Positions 29,165 to 40,811 of a stretch of DNA of 64,000 nucleotides are shown here, piece after piece. Below the pieces are notes generated by a model. It was not told the DNA's origin, did not search any database, and saw only the letters and a program-made list of their open reading frames with translations. Within the stretch, counting starts at the first letter, position 1. Each line of letters starts with the position of its first letter. The DNA is from Dehalococcoidia bacterium (lineage in GTDB: Bacteria > Chloroflexota > Dehalococcoidia > Bin125). The position numbers and the translations under genes were made by a program. The DNA is taken from contig CAXXSR010000001.1 in the NCBI GenBank assembly GCA_963662615.2, positions 1,536,001-1,600,000 on the forward strand. Direction: 5' to 3'.

Positions 29165-30723
29165 GGCGCGCCCTCCGTTCGGGGAATGGTGGCCTCTACG
29201 AGGGCGCCCGCACCTGGTCGGCTGACGATGGAGACAGTTCCGCGAAGGCGCTCGACCCGCTCCTGCATGCCGAGCAGGCCGAAGTGGCGGTCGCGAGCCG
29301 CGGCAGCGAGGGCTGCACCCGTGGCGAATCCCACGCCGTCATCCTGGATACGGAGGGTTATCTGATCCGCGCTGTATTCCAGGCCAAGGCGGACCGTGGC
29401 GGCGCGGGCGTGCTTCTGGACGTTGCTCAGCGCTTCACGGGCAATCAGAAAGAGCGCCTGCGCCGCCGGCTCCGGCAAGCGCTCTTGCCTGGCGGGGAGG
29501 TGGAGCTCCAGGGCGACGCCGGCCCGCCGGGCAAACTCTTGCGCGTACGCCTTGAGGGCGCCCACGAGGCCCAGCTCGCTCACATTGGCCAGGCGTAGGT
29601 CGAAGGTGAGACTGCGGAGCTGTCCGATCACGCGGCGCACCTCATCACGACTGCGCTGGATGGAGAGGGCGGCGCGCTGGGGCTCCCGCTGCAGGAGCTT
29701 CAGCGCCACTTCCGCTTCCATAGCCGCGGCAGTGAGTTGCTGCATGGGTCCGTCATGGAGTTCGCCGGCCAAGCGGCGGGACTCCGCCGCTCGCAGTGAC
29801 TCGAGATCGAAGGTTCGGTCTGCGGCGGTGGCGTCGGCTTGCCCCATTTCGAGAAGCACGGCGGCCGCCTCCAGGTCCGCCACGTCGAAGGGCGGCGGCT
29901 CGTGCCGCAGCAGGAGGAGGGCGCCCGACTGCCCGCCAGCGTGGGAAAAGGGGACGCCAACGACGTCAGTGGCGTCGGCGTCGCGCAGGCTGGTACCGGG
30001 GGGGAGAGCGGCGCGGGTCACAGGGGCCTCACGGGAGGCCGCCGCTTCGGCGAGCGCGCGCCGGACGGCCGCTGGAGCGGGCGCGGCGGCGGCGGGCCAC
30101 TCGCTGTAGGTCTCAGTGTGGTCGCCGTCCGCTACGAGCAGCGCGACCGTGGAGGCGTTCAGGAGACGTCCCGTGAGACTCAACGTCCAGGCGCCGACCG
30201 GCTCCGCCGTCGCCGTCCGGAAGGGGGCGGGGCCGGCGGGCGGCGCTGTGATGAGGAGGCCGGCCTGCAGTGCGGAGAGCGCGCTCTGAGGAGGCGCCTC
30301 CCAGAAGCCGCGCCCATCCGACGCGTGAAGGAGAAAGTCGGCGAGCGCAGCGGCGAAGCCCGCCAGGAGCCGGGCCCGGCCCCGTAGCAGGTGATCGGGC
30401 CGGCCAACAAGGATCAGCTGGCCGCGGGTCACTCCGTCCACAATGAGGGCCTGTCGCAGCACGGCCTGCAGGGGGCTCTGGGGATGCGGCCACGAGCGCA
30501 TAGTCGCGCTGGCCGGCCCCGACTCGTCCCCCAGCCGCTCGAGCGCCTCGTGCCAATCCTGCGGGACGGGCCTGACGGGGTCGTCGTACAGCTCGTCGTC
30601 CAGGATGACCGGGGCGGTCTCGGAGCCAATGAGGGTGAGGGCGCCGGCGGCGACGGCGGACATGAACGCCGGTCCGTCCGGCACGGTAAGGAGTTGCAGC
30701 GGCGCGATGCCTCGCTCTACCAT
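29161..30723 (-). CDS. HisKA_3-type sensor histidine kinase
   Basis: RLAGELHD, EALSNVQKHA, DDGVGF, GLLGMQER; overlaps the RR gene. Confidence 0.9.
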   Translation of the reverse strand: MVERGIAPLQLLTVPDGPAFMSAVAAGALTLIGSETAPVILDDELYDDPVRPVPQDWHEALERLGDESGPASATMRSWPHPQSPLQAVLRQALIVDGVTRGQLILVGRPDHLLRGRARLLAGFAAALADFLLHASDGRGFWEAPPQSALSALQAGLLITAPPAGPAPFRTATAEPVGAWTLSLTGRLLNASTVALLVADGDHTETYSEWPAAAAPAPAAVRRALAEAAASREAPVTRAALPPGTSLRDADATDVVGVPFSHAGGQSGALLLLRHEPPPFDVADLEAAAVLLEMGQADATAADRTFDLESLRAAESRRLAGELHDGPMQQLTAAAMEAEVALKLLQREPQRAALSIQRSRDEVRRVIGQLRSLTFDLRLANVSELGLVGALKAYAQEFARRAGVALELHLPARQERLPEPAAQALFLIAREALSNVQKHARAATVRLGLEYSADQITLRIQDDGVGFATGAALAAAARDRHFGLLGMQERVERLRGTVSIVSRPGAGALVEATIPRTEGAP

Positions 30724-31308
30724 CTCCACTTCCGACGAAAGTCTGACAGACGTTGATACGATGAAGCAGTTTAGCAATAAGGTCAAATCCGGGGATGAAT
30801 GAACGACCGCGCGCCGCAGGCGTGCCCTGGCTCTCTGGGTCGACGTGCCTCTCCCTGGCGACGCCGGCGCCACCCCTCCACAGCGAGTCCGGCGCTGCAA
30901 GGCGAGGCTGAGGTCGTATCGGGAAGCCATGGCGAAGGCGGGCCGAGAATCCGCCCGCGACGTTGGCCTTCCCGCCCCGTTCGTGGCAATAGCCAGGCGC
31001 CCGCATGACGATGACGCGACCAGATTGGGCATCGTTCGGACGCGAGCGGGCGGTTCAAGCCCGAAGTTGTGGTGCGGAAGCCTCGTTCGCGCTTGGCGCC
31101 GTCTGGTATTATCTCGTCTCGGTGCGGCGTACCGGGGCGAGCGTGACGTCCCTCTCGCCGGGACGACGGGGAGGGTGAGGCGGCCGGGGCGCGGTTCGCC
31201 TGCGCTGCCGCACCCGAGCGCGAGCCGCTCTGGGGCCGGCGGCGCGAGCTTGGTGCGCGGCAGCGTCTACAGCGGGGCGGGTGACCGTCCGCCGGGAAGG
31301 AAACGGCA

Positions 31309-31773
31309 ATGCCCAGAGGACGTGCGCAAGCCTCAGTCCGGACCCGAGCCGCGTACACGCAGCTGTACCGGACCTTTGCCTCGGTCGATCGGGCGCATGA
31401 GCGCTGGCTTGCCGGCGTAGGCAGCAACGGCGCTCGCTATGCCGTGCTGCATGCGCTCGCCAGCAGCGGCCGGGCCATGACGCCCTCGGAGGTGTCGGAT
31501 GAAACGGGCCGGAGCCCCAACGCCATCTCTCCCCTCCTGCGGGCGCTGCACGACGAGGGGCTGATCAAGCGCAGCCCAAACTCGAACGACCGCCGCTCGC
31601 ACTTCCTGGCGCTGACGGCGGCCGGGCGTCGCATGGCGCAGCGGCTGGCACGCGAGGAGAGCGCCTTCATTGAGGCCGCACTGGGCCGACGCTCATCGCG
31701 CGATCTGAGCGCGCTAGAGAAGAGCCTGCTCTCCATTGAGGAGCGTGCCGGCGCGATCCAGCGGTTGCGGTGA
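31309..31773 (+). CDS. MarR-family transcriptional regulator
   Basis: GLIKR..DRRS..LTAAG winged-helix motif. Confidence 0.88.
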   Translation: MPRGRAQASVRTRAAYTQLYRTFASVDRAHERWLAGVGSNGARYAVLHALASSGRAMTPSEVSDETGRSPNAISPLLRALHDEGLIKRSPNSNDRRSHFLALTAAGRRMAQRLAREESAFIEAALGRRSSRDLSALEKSLLSIEERAGAIQRLR

Positions 31774-31798
31774 GCGCGCGCGTTCGCCCCGGCTGCGC

Positions 31799-33022
31799 CT
31801 ATTCCGGCGGCGCCCCGATCCGATAGATTACGCCCCGACTAAAATCCGCAACGTAGAGGTTCGCGCCCGGCCCCACGGTGACGTCCAGCGGATTGCCAAA
31901 TCCGGTGGCGAACTCGCGCAAGGTGAGCGACCCGTCCGCCTCCAGCTTGGCGAACTGCACGCGCTTGCCAATTTCGGGATCCCCCGAGTTGGCGCCGAAG
32001 AGCGCAATGTAGAAGCCCCCGCTGAGTTCAGGCGGCAAGAGCGGGGAATCGACCCAGACCAGTCCGTCGGCGCTCGTATGCAAACCGAGTTCAAGCGCCG
32101 GCTCCTGGACGTTTTCGAACGGGGGGACCTCCTCCTCGCAGTACGGCCAGCCGTAGTGCGTGGCGCTGGTGATGCGGTTGAGTTCGTCCGGCGTTGCGCA
32201 GGGCGGGTCGGAGCCGTTGTCGGTGGCCCAGAGCGAGCCGTCGGGCGTAAAGACCAGGTCATAGGAATTGCGCAAGCCGGAGGCGTAGACCTCCAACTGG
32301 AGTGAGTCGAGATTGAGCGCGAGGATCGACGCGGATACGCCGTTGTCTTCGACGCACTCATTGCAGGTGGATCCCAGGGTGAGATAGAGGCGTCCGTCGG
32401 GCCCCAGCGCGATGCCGTTGTTCTGGTGGCGGCCGCTGGGCAGGGCGCGGATGAGCGGTGTGACGATGTCAGCCGTGCCGTCGCCGTCGAGATCCTCGGC
32501 GAGGGAGATGCGCCCGCGATCGCTCACATAGACGCGCGCGTCGTCAAGGATGGCGAAGCCGAGCAGCTCCGTGAGCCCGTCCGCGAAGAGGACGCGTTCA
32601 TCGGCCGCGCCGTTGCCGTCGAGGTCGCGAAAGCTCCACAGCTTGCCCCCCCGTTCGGCGACGAAGAGGCGGCCGTCCGGACTGAAGGCGAGCGCCGTTG
32701 GCTGGCTCAGCTCTTCCTGCCATCGAAACGCGGCGAAGCCGGGCGGCAGCTCGATCTCGTTCGCTATCGGCGGCGGCTCGGCGGGGACAGCGACAGCGTC
32801 CTCCGGAGCGTCCGCTGCGGGCAACGAGGACTCCGCTTCCGTTTCCGCCTGCGGATCGGTGTCGAGAGCGCCGGGCACGTCGTTTTCGGCGGGGACGGGC
32901 TCCGCGACGGCCGGAGCTTCGACGGTGGCGTCCTCAGGCTCGGATTCGGAGGAGGTCATGCAGCCGGCGAGCGCGATGCTCAACAGCAGCGCCAAGGGGA
33001 TGGCGATCGCCCGCGTCAGCAT
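31799..33022 (-). CDS. PQQ-dependent sugar/sorbosone dehydrogenase family lipoprotein
   Basis: Lipobox LAGC; GPDGRLY, GSTCN, ASGLRN, ATDNG, YGWPYC. Confidence 0.85.
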   Translation of the reverse strand: MLTRAIAIPLALLLSIALAGCMTSSESEPEDATVEAPAVAEPVPAENDVPGALDTDPQAETEAESSLPAADAPEDAVAVPAEPPPIANEIELPPGFAAFRWQEELSQPTALAFSPDGRLFVAERGGKLWSFRDLDGNGAADERVLFADGLTELLGFAILDDARVYVSDRGRISLAEDLDGDGTADIVTPLIRALPSGRHQNNGIALGPDGRLYLTLGSTCNECVEDNGVSASILALNLDSLQLEVYASGLRNSYDLVFTPDGSLWATDNGSDPPCATPDELNRITSATHYGWPYCEEEVPPFENVQEPALELGLHTSADGLVWVDSPLLPPELSGGFYIALFGANSGDPEIGKRVQFAKLEADGSLTLREFATGFGNPLDVTVGPGANLYVADFSRGVIYRIGAPPE

Positions 33023-33300
33023 CGCCGTCCCTCGCTCCGTTGGCGCCAATGCCGCTGCCGCGTCCGAGCACAACCCGTCAGCCGCCGCGCGCGCGGCCGT
33101 CACAGCCTTCATTGTTCGTAGGGCTCCTCCTCCACGTTCAATGATGACGGGGGTCCCTGCCCGGTGAAAGTGACGGCGCGGTACCTTTTACCGAGAGCCG
33201 GGAGCGGGTATAAACTGGTAGGGGTGGCGGTCGGTCTCCTTTTCCCGCGGGCGGCGCCGGACTGAGACCGACTCTCGTAGAGGACTAGGGCCGGATCGTC

Positions 33301-34266
33301 GTGAGCAAGATCGGGCGCTGGCTATCCGAACACCGGGGAAGCGACGGGATTAAGTCCGCGCTGACGGACTGCGGCCAGTGGCTGCGCCGGCATGCCTGGT
33401 TCGCAGGGACGGCCGGGACGGCGGCCCTCGCCTTCATCATCACATTCTTCGCCGTCGCTGCCGCCACCGGCGACGACGACGCGCCGGCACCTGCCGCGGG
33501 GGCCGTCACTCGTTCCTCACCCATCCCGCCCGGGCTCAGCGCGAGCGATGACGCGGCGCTGCCGCCCGAGCAACCCCGCACGACCGATACCCCGACCTCC
33601 ACGGACGAAGCCCGCAGTGCCGACCTCACGGTCGAGCCAGGTGACCCCGACGGCCAGACCCAGGCGCCGCGGCCACCGCGCCCGCTCCCCGAATTCGACG
33701 AGGACGCGCTCATCCACGGGGGATCGGGCGACGAGGGCGCCATATTGGGTGGACCTGGGATCGTGGCGAGCAGCGCTGCAGACTCCCGCACCGACTGGGA
33801 GCTGATCATCCCCTCCGCGCAGCTGCGAGCCGACATTGTCAAGGTAGGGCTGACGCGGGGCGGGGCCATGGGGGCGCCGGATAATCCGCACGTGATCGGC
33901 TGGTGGAGCGACGGGCCGGCGCCGGGCAAGCCCGGCAACGTTCTGCTGGACGGCCATCGCGATTTCAATGACAAGGAAAGGAACGTAGGAACCGGGGTGT
34001 GCTGGGAGCTGCCCAATACGCAGTTGGGCGACTTCATCCTCGTGCGGGACAACGCCACTCGGGTGAACCACCTCTACCTGGTGATCGAGACCACGTCCGT
34101 GGGCTGGGAGTCGGCCGACGGTGTGGAGTACCTCCAACCCAGCCGGTACCCCCTCCTTACGCTGATCACCTGCGAAGGCTCCTTTGATCGCGACGAGCTC
34201 AACTACTCCAACCGCCGTATTGTTGTGGCGCAGATGACCGATACGATCCCCTTCCCGTCTTCCTGA
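33301..34266 (+). CDS. Class F sortase
   Basis: N-terminal TM; GW..GPAPGKPGNVLLDGHRD, LTLITC, catalytic R in NRRIVVA. Confidence 0.9.
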   Translation: MSKIGRWLSEHRGSDGIKSALTDCGQWLRRHAWFAGTAGTAALAFIITFFAVAAATGDDDAPAPAAGAVTRSSPIPPGLSASDDAALPPEQPRTTDTPTSTDEARSADLTVEPGDPDGQTQAPRPPRPLPEFDEDALIHGGSGDEGAILGGPGIVASSAADSRTDWELIIPSAQLRADIVKVGLTRGGAMGAPDNPHVIGWWSDGPAPGKPGNVLLDGHRDFNDKERNVGTGVCWELPNTQLGDFILVRDNATRVNHLYLVIETTSVGWESADGVEYLQPSRYPLLTLITCEGSFDRDELNYSNRRIVVAQMTDTIPFPSS

Positions 34267-34512
34267 GCCGCCGAGCTGCGCGCCGCCGGAGGACTAGCGC
34301 CAGCCGGCGCAGCTTTCATTGCGCGGGCCCGAGCCAGGCCGTCGATCGGGCGCGGGACGTACCGAGAAGCTGGGCGGGCCGTAGCGCCTGGCTAGCGTCG
34401 CCATCATGATGGCTTCACGTGCAGCGGGCCCAGGCGAATGGCGGCTTCGGGTGCGTCTTAAATTGGTCTCGCTCGTGGGCCGCCGAATCCAGCACGCAGG
34501 GATTGGACCAAC

Positions 34513-36755
34513 CATGCGGCGACTTCGGCGGCGGCGCTTCGGTTTCGTTGCGACGACCATCACTACTTTGTACGCCTCCTTGTGGGCGACGGCGCTCGCG
34601 CTGGCTATCGGCCTGATAATCGCGCTGACGATCGCCGGACCGGCGTCCGCGCCCGTGGCCGGAAGCGCCGGCGCTGCGGACGGCAGCCGCGCACTCCCAG
34701 CGAGCCAGGTCAGCGCCGCGCCGTGGGCTCCCGCCCTGGCTGCATCGCACCGAGTGCTGACAGCGGGGTCGATTGGTGACCCCACCTGGCTCCCTGCGAT
34801 CATCTTCAACGACGGGCCCGAGAACGCGTCCTTCGCCGTCCTGATTACCGGTGGCTCCTTCGACGCCGTCTATCTGACCACCGAGGGCGTCCTCACAGCC
34901 GATGCGGATCTGTCAGAAGGAGTGAGGCTCCTCTCCGAGGATCTGATCCGGCTCTACGACGACGGCACGCACGGGGACGCCGCCGCCGGCGACGGTGTCC
35001 ACAGCCGCGCCGGTATCACCGCCCCCGGCGCCCTCAGCCACGACGGCGGCACGCACCAGCGGCTCGCGAACAAGCTCCTCTTCTTTGCGGAGCATACGAA
35101 CGGAACGGTGTAGTCTTCGATGGTGTCGCTGGAGACGGGGCTGTCGATCGTTGATGTCTCGCAGCGGGGAACGGTGGCGGTGACAACGCTGGCGCCGAAC
35201 CTGACGGCAACCTCGCACGCGCTGTTCCTAGTCGATGACGGCACGGTGTTCCCAAATTACCCGCAGGTGGATGCGGGGAGCGCCCTGGCTCTGTGCCGGG
35301 GCTGCGAGATCCTCATCACCGAGTTCGGCGATGTGTTCGACTTCATCGTCCTGCAAGTGCGTGAAGTGGTGGACGAACCGTTACGAGGGGTTCGCCAGGC
35401 CGTCTTCTCCAACATCTTCAACGATGTGCTCGGGATCGGGATCGAGCAGCGCGACCTCAACGTCGGGCCCGACACGTTCGTGGACGGGACGCCGTTCAAC
35501 ACCTACTCGCAGGGGCGGCTGCAGGGCATCATTTTCGACAACCGCGTCGACGGGGCGCCGCTGAGCCACGAGGTCATGCATCGCTGGTCGGCACACGCGG
35601 CCGCTGCGTTGGGCTGGCTGGACGGCGAAGGGCACTTCGTAGCCAACTCCGATATCAACGGCATGATGGACCTGCAGCTGCAAGAGAGCGGCGGCTCCTT
35701 GGTCAAGCGAGAAGATGCGCCCTTCCTTCCGGTCGATCTCGTCGCCAACGGAGACGGAACGTACCGTCTGGAAGCGCGGCCGGGCGAGTTCCTGGGAACG
35801 TTCGCTCCCATCTCGCTCTATGTGGCCGGATTCATCCCGGCGTCCCAAGTGCCGCGCATGCGGATCCTGGGCGGCACCATTGACCTATCGAATCCGGATC
35901 GCGTCACCGCCACGAGTGTGACCGAGATCACAGTCGAGGACGTCATCGGTCTGGAGGGGCCGCGGGTGCCTGCCAGCGCGACGGCGCCGTGCGACTTCAC
36001 GGTCGGCACAATCGTCATCAGCGATCGCCCCTATGCGGAGGCGGACTACACATTCATCACCCTGGCGCTCCGCTACTGGGAATCCGACAAGCCCTACGAC
36101 GGCTTCGGCGCACCGCCCTGGAAGACGGCCACGCTGGGGCAGAGCGAGGTCCGCGTAGCGCTGCCGGCTTCGATGGTCCCGGACGCGGGCGGGCGAACCG
36201 GAACCGATGCTGCCCGGCGCCGCAGAGAGCCGGAGCGTGCGCTTGCGGTCGGGCTGGAACTTCGTCGCGTGGTCAGGGGAGAGCACGCCGGTGGAGGACG
36301 CGATCGGGGCGATCACGCCCACAGGCGCGGCGCGACTCACCTTCTTCACATGGGATGCCGGGCAGGGGCGCTTTCGACGCTTTGACCCGGATGCGCCCGC
36401 GTTCCTCAACGAGATCACCGATTTGACCCCGGGCGAAGCCATCTGGGTCAACGTGGTTGGAGGCGGGACCGCGATCTGGGAGCAGCCGCTCGTGCGTGCC
36501 GATCGCGTCGTTCCCCTGATAGCCGGCTTCAACATGGTGTCCTGGATGGGGCCCGACAACACGCCTGTGCAGACAGTGACGGACATCCAGACCGCCACTG
36601 TGCGCCTGTTCGCCTGAGACGCCGTGGCCCAGCGCTTCCTCCAGTTCGACCCGAGCCTCCCGCCCTTCTTGAACGATCTGGCGGAGCTGGACTTCGGCAT
36701 GGCGATCTGGATTGAAGTGTTCAACGCGGCGGTGTGGGATCAGCCGTCGCCGTAG
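34513..36755 (+). pseudogene. Secreted putative zinc metallopeptidase with two C-terminal Trp-rich repeats; broken by TAG 35111, a frameshift near 36191 and TGA 36615
   Basis: LYDDGTHGD..AGDG motif, HEVMHRW (HExxH), GWNFVAW/GFNMVSW repeats; ORFs 34406-35113 and 35120-36385 share a frame; the frame after TGA 36615 continues to TAG 36755. Confidence 0.72.
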
Positions 36756-36958
36756 CCGGCAACCAGCGCGATCCCCGCACAGGAGGCGATCTTGGCTCAA
36801 TCGCGCCTGGGTGAGGCGCGCCTTGCGCGTCTGGTCCGCGCCTTGCTCCGTCGTGGATCAGGTGCTGACGGATCGGGTACCCTCGGCGATGCGCGCCTGA
36901 GGGCGGCGAGGTTGGGCGGGGCTGGCGTTCGCGCGCGAGAACCCCGGGGGAAGGCACA

Positions 36959-39547
36959 ATGCGACGACGGATACACCTGGCGGCGCGAGGCACTGCCGCC
37001 GCGGCGGCCCTGGGTCTGATCGTCGCCATCGCCGCGCTGGCATTGCCCCCGCCTCCGGCTCAGGCGCAAGAGCGCGAGCTCCAATACGAGGATGCGTCCT
37101 TGCTGATCTTCGGCGAGTCCTCGCGGCACCTGCTGGGGCCCTCCGCCGTGGGGGATGTGAACGGCGACGGCGTTCCGGACCTGGTTATTGGGGCGCGGGG
37201 GATTCGCTGGGTCGGTTCCTCTGACATGGGCGGCGTCAGCGTTGTCCGCGGTCCGATTCAAGCGGGCCGGTTTGAGGAGCCGGAATTGGACCGCTTCCGC
37301 TATCAACGGCCTGGAACCGTGGGCTTCGGCGGGTTTGTGACGACGGCGGACATCGATGGCGACGGGTTCGACGACGTCATCACAACGGCCGCACTCCCGA
37401 ACAACATCTACGTAAGGTTCGGCGCGGAGGGCCTCTTTGAGGGAGAGGGCCGTACCGGGACGATCGAGGCGCTTCCCAGGACACTGGTGAGGCACCTAGC
37501 CGTGGGCGATCTGAACGGGGACGGGGCCGTCGACATCGCGGCCGGCTCCCCGATCATCTCGGACGAGGTGATCATCTACTTTGGGCCCTTCGCGGCTGGG
37601 GACGACGAAACGCTGCGTCCGGCCAAGGTCGCCCGGATCCGTGAACCAACCGACGCGCAGTTTTTCGGCTGGACGATCGCCGTGGGCGACGTGACGGAGG
37701 ACGGTCAGGCCGATCTCGCGATCAATTATGTCGATGACGCCGGCTTCGACTCCGTGGCGATCGTGGAGGGGCCCTTCGCAGCGCGCACCGCGACGTTCGG
37801 GGATGGCAGCCTGGAGCCGATCGTGATCTTTCGGGGTACGCGCTTCGTGGACGTTGAGTCGCTGGCGATCGGCGATGTGGACCTGGACAGCAGAAACGAT
37901 CTGGTCATTGGGCTGGGTACGAGCCAGCGGGTCGCCGTGGTGCCAGGCGGCGTGATCGGGCCGGCGCGATTCCCCCTGCTCTTCCTTTACACCAACGAGA
38001 CCATCACAGGATTCCGGTCCTTTCTCGCGCCCGTGTTGGTCTCCGTGGGTGACTACGACGGCGACCAGCTTGCCGATCTCCTGGTGGGCTCGCCGGGGGA
38101 TTCGGACGAACTGCGGCAGGACGCGTTCCGCGCGGGGTCGCTGTTGGGATTCGCGGGCGTCGACCGGCAGGCCGTCATCCATGGCGTGAGGCCGACCCAG
38201 GCGGCCGCCGGCAGCGAAGTGGAGATCCGCGGGCAAGGACTGGTGGACGCCACGATCCTCTTCCGTGGGCAGAACGGGATGGAGCTGGAGGCCGAGCCAT
38301 CTGGAGACGCGGCGGAGGCCGGGGCGCCGTCCGCATTGAATTCGATCGGGGCGGTGCGCGTGGTGGTGCCGGAATCGCTGCCGCTGGGCATGGTCGACGT
38401 CGTGGTCCGGACGGATCTCGGGGAAGCCACGTTGGAGGACGCCCTCACGGTGCGGCCCAGCACGAACACGCTGACCATCGCTGCCGGCTGGAACCTGGTG
38501 GGCTGGACCGACACGAGTTCCGTTGAAGAGGCCACCGCGTCGTTGAGTGGATCCTTCACCCAACTCTACAAGTGGGACGCGGGGCGGCAGACGTTCATCC
38601 GCTATCGCCCCGAGAGCCCGGCGTTCCTCAGTACCGTGGCCGGACTTGCCGCGGGCGACGGCATCTGGCTCCACACTCCCGATTCAGGAACCTGGAAACA
38701 ACCAGCGTTGGTGGCGGAGCGATCCGTTGAACTGCTGCCGGGATTCAACCTAGTGATGTGGACCGGCCCGGACGGCACGTCCGTTGCCGAGGCGATTGAC
38801 GGGCTTGGCGATAACTTGGTGGCGCTGTTCACGTGGGACGGCGCGCGGCAAGAGTTCCTTCGCTTCGCGCCCGGCGGGCCGCCTTCACTCAATACGGCGA
38901 CGACGCTCAACTTCGGCGATGGCGTCTGGATCAGGACGAAGCGCTCGACCGTCTGGGAACAGCCAGCGAATCTGCCGCCGGGTCCGCCCGCTGCCACGAA
39001 CGTCCAGGGGGCGCAGGCGGCGGTGGTCGTGATTGACGAGGTCGGGTCGGGGTTCATCGTGAATCGCAGTCAGGTGATCACGGCCGGGCATGTGGTCGGC
39101 GGTAGGTCGTCAGTCACCGTGCGCTTCATCGACGGCGAAGAGCGGCAGGGCTTCGTGTCCGCGGTGGATGGGGAGCTGGATATCGCGGTGATCGAGCTGG
39201 CCTCGCTGCCCGATGGCGTGCGACGCCTGAAGTTGCTGTCGGAGGAGAGTCCTGCGCCGGCCACGGCCGTCTGGGCATGGGCCTGGCGGACGGCAGAGAC
39301 GTCCGCGAGCGTGACGGTCGGCATTGTCTCGGCGATTCAGACGGACCAGAACGGCCTCTCGCTGATTGAGACCGACGCCGCGCTGAATCCGGGGCACAGC
39401 GGCGGCCCCCTCATCTTGGAGGACGGGCGGGTGGCCGGCATCAATGACTTCATTGACGTGAGTTTCGGCGAGGACCTGGAGGGTCAGAACTTCGCCATCG
39501 ACGTCGCGGCGAACGGCGACAGGATTCGGGAGTTGCTGGCGCAATAG
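36959..39547 (+). CDS. Secreted FG-GAP repeat + IPT/TIG + Trp-rich repeat pair + trypsin-like (S1C) serine protease
   Basis: Signal peptide; about six GDxnGDGxxD repeats; triad TAGHVV / DIAV / NPGHSGGP. Confidence 0.85.
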   Translation: MRRRIHLAARGTAAAAALGLIVAIAALALPPPPAQAQERELQYEDASLLIFGESSRHLLGPSAVGDVNGDGVPDLVIGARGIRWVGSSDMGGVSVVRGPIQAGRFEEPELDRFRYQRPGTVGFGGFVTTADIDGDGFDDVITTAALPNNIYVRFGAEGLFEGEGRTGTIEALPRTLVRHLAVGDLNGDGAVDIAAGSPIISDEVIIYFGPFAAGDDETLRPAKVARIREPTDAQFFGWTIAVGDVTEDGQADLAINYVDDAGFDSVAIVEGPFAARTATFGDGSLEPIVIFRGTRFVDVESLAIGDVDLDSRNDLVIGLGTSQRVAVVPGGVIGPARFPLLFLYTNETITGFRSFLAPVLVSVGDYDGDQLADLLVGSPGDSDELRQDAFRAGSLLGFAGVDRQAVIHGVRPTQAAAGSEVEIRGQGLVDATILFRGQNGMELEAEPSGDAAEAGAPSALNSIGAVRVVVPESLPLGMVDVVVRTDLGEATLEDALTVRPSTNTLTIAAGWNLVGWTDTSSVEEATASLSGSFTQLYKWDAGRQTFIRYRPESPAFLSTVAGLAAGDGIWLHTPDSGTWKQPALVAERSVELLPGFNLVMWTGPDGTSVAEAIDGLGDNLVALFTWDGARQEFLRFAPGGPPSLNTATTLNFGDGVWIRTKRSTVWEQPANLPPGPPAATNVQGAQAAVVVIDEVGSGFIVNRSQVITAGHVVGGRSSVTVRFIDGEERQGFVSAVDGELDIAVIELASLPDGVRRLKLLSEESPAPATAVWAWAWRTAETSASVTVGIVSAIQTDQNGLSLIETDAALNPGHSGGPLILEDGRVAGINDFIDVSFGEDLEGQNFAIDVAANGDRIRELLAQ

Positions 39548-40811
39548 AAGACGACGCGGCCGACGCCCGCAGCTGCACCGACAGTCTCCGGCATTTAGGC
39601 GGCGGGGTAACGCATCAGATCCAAGGGGACGCAATCGTCCCGCCGCATCCTTTTGCATCTGTTATTTGACATCCAAGTTATTCTTGCCCCCTCTGCGCGG
39701 GGGCTGCGGTTTCGACGTATGCGCCGAGCGCTGCGGTCCCCGCGTCGCGGTGAGGGGTCGTGAGCACCGCGCATCAATTCGCGCGACCGGCCCGCACTGA
39801 AATGGGTCATTCAACCCACGGCGGATGGTGCATTCGCACCTCCGAGTCCGCGGTCGAAGTCGCGACGGTGAGGCGAACGTCCCTCTGCTCGTGTGCCAGT
39901 GGGAGCACCGGGGGCTGAAGTTTCGCCACGACTGTCAGGGGAGGATCCAGATGACCGCATCAATTTTCGCAAGCAAGCGGCGGACGGCGTCGCTCATCGC
40001 GCTGGCGCTTATCGCGCTTGTGGGAGCGATCGCCCTGTCGGGGCGGTCCACATCGGCGCAGGCGCCCATTCAAGACTACGCGGATGCGTCGTTGCAGATC
40101 TACGGCGACAGCGCGGGCGACGGTCTAGGGGGCGTGGCGGTGGGCGACTTCAATGCTGACGGCACGCCCGACCTGCTCCTGGGCGCTCAGTTCGTCGACG
40201 AGCAACAGAATGAAGACAGCGGGCAGGTGTATTTGCTCTCCGGCCCGATTGGGCCGGGCGCAGCTCCGGTTGGTAATGTCGCCACGAAGAGCATTGTGGG
40301 TGACGCCTTCCGGCGCGCCGGGTTCGATGTCGCCGCTGGGGATATCGACGGCGACAGCATCCAGGACGCGCTCTGGCTAGAGGGCTCAGTTGGGGGCCGG
40401 CGTACGCCCATTAACTACGTTCCCGGCAGGGTGGACTTCTTCGATGCGGCAACCGATCTGGCACGGGAAGCTCGACAGGTTCACACGCGGTTGGGCACGA
40501 TTCCGAATGATATCGCCGTCGCGGATCTCGACGGTGACGGAGCCAACGACATCGTCTACGGATCCCCGGACCTCCGGCTCTTCGACGTCGAGCTCGGCTC
40601 GGATGAGGTCGTCATCTACTTTGGCCCCTTCGAGGCCCCGCGCGGGGGCATCGCCCCGGTAGACCGTAGCGCGGTGATCCGCGGGCCCGCGAATTCGTTG
40701 TTCGGTTGGTCGCTGGCGGCCGGCGATCTCACCGGCGACGGGCAGGCGGACCTGGCGATTAATTCGTAACTATCCCTTGACAGCACGTAGATAATCTGGC
40801 ATGCTGTCGCC

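Noticed and set aside
36615-36617. TGA read as Trp (alternative genetic code)
   Set aside because: Many genes in the window end at TGA and Trp is otherwise TGG; the same gene has other lesions
39666-39676. TTGACATCCAA matching the cassette arm motif
   Set aside because: Single isolated copy without the rest of the arm or a tRNA fragment; could be chance or a -35 box
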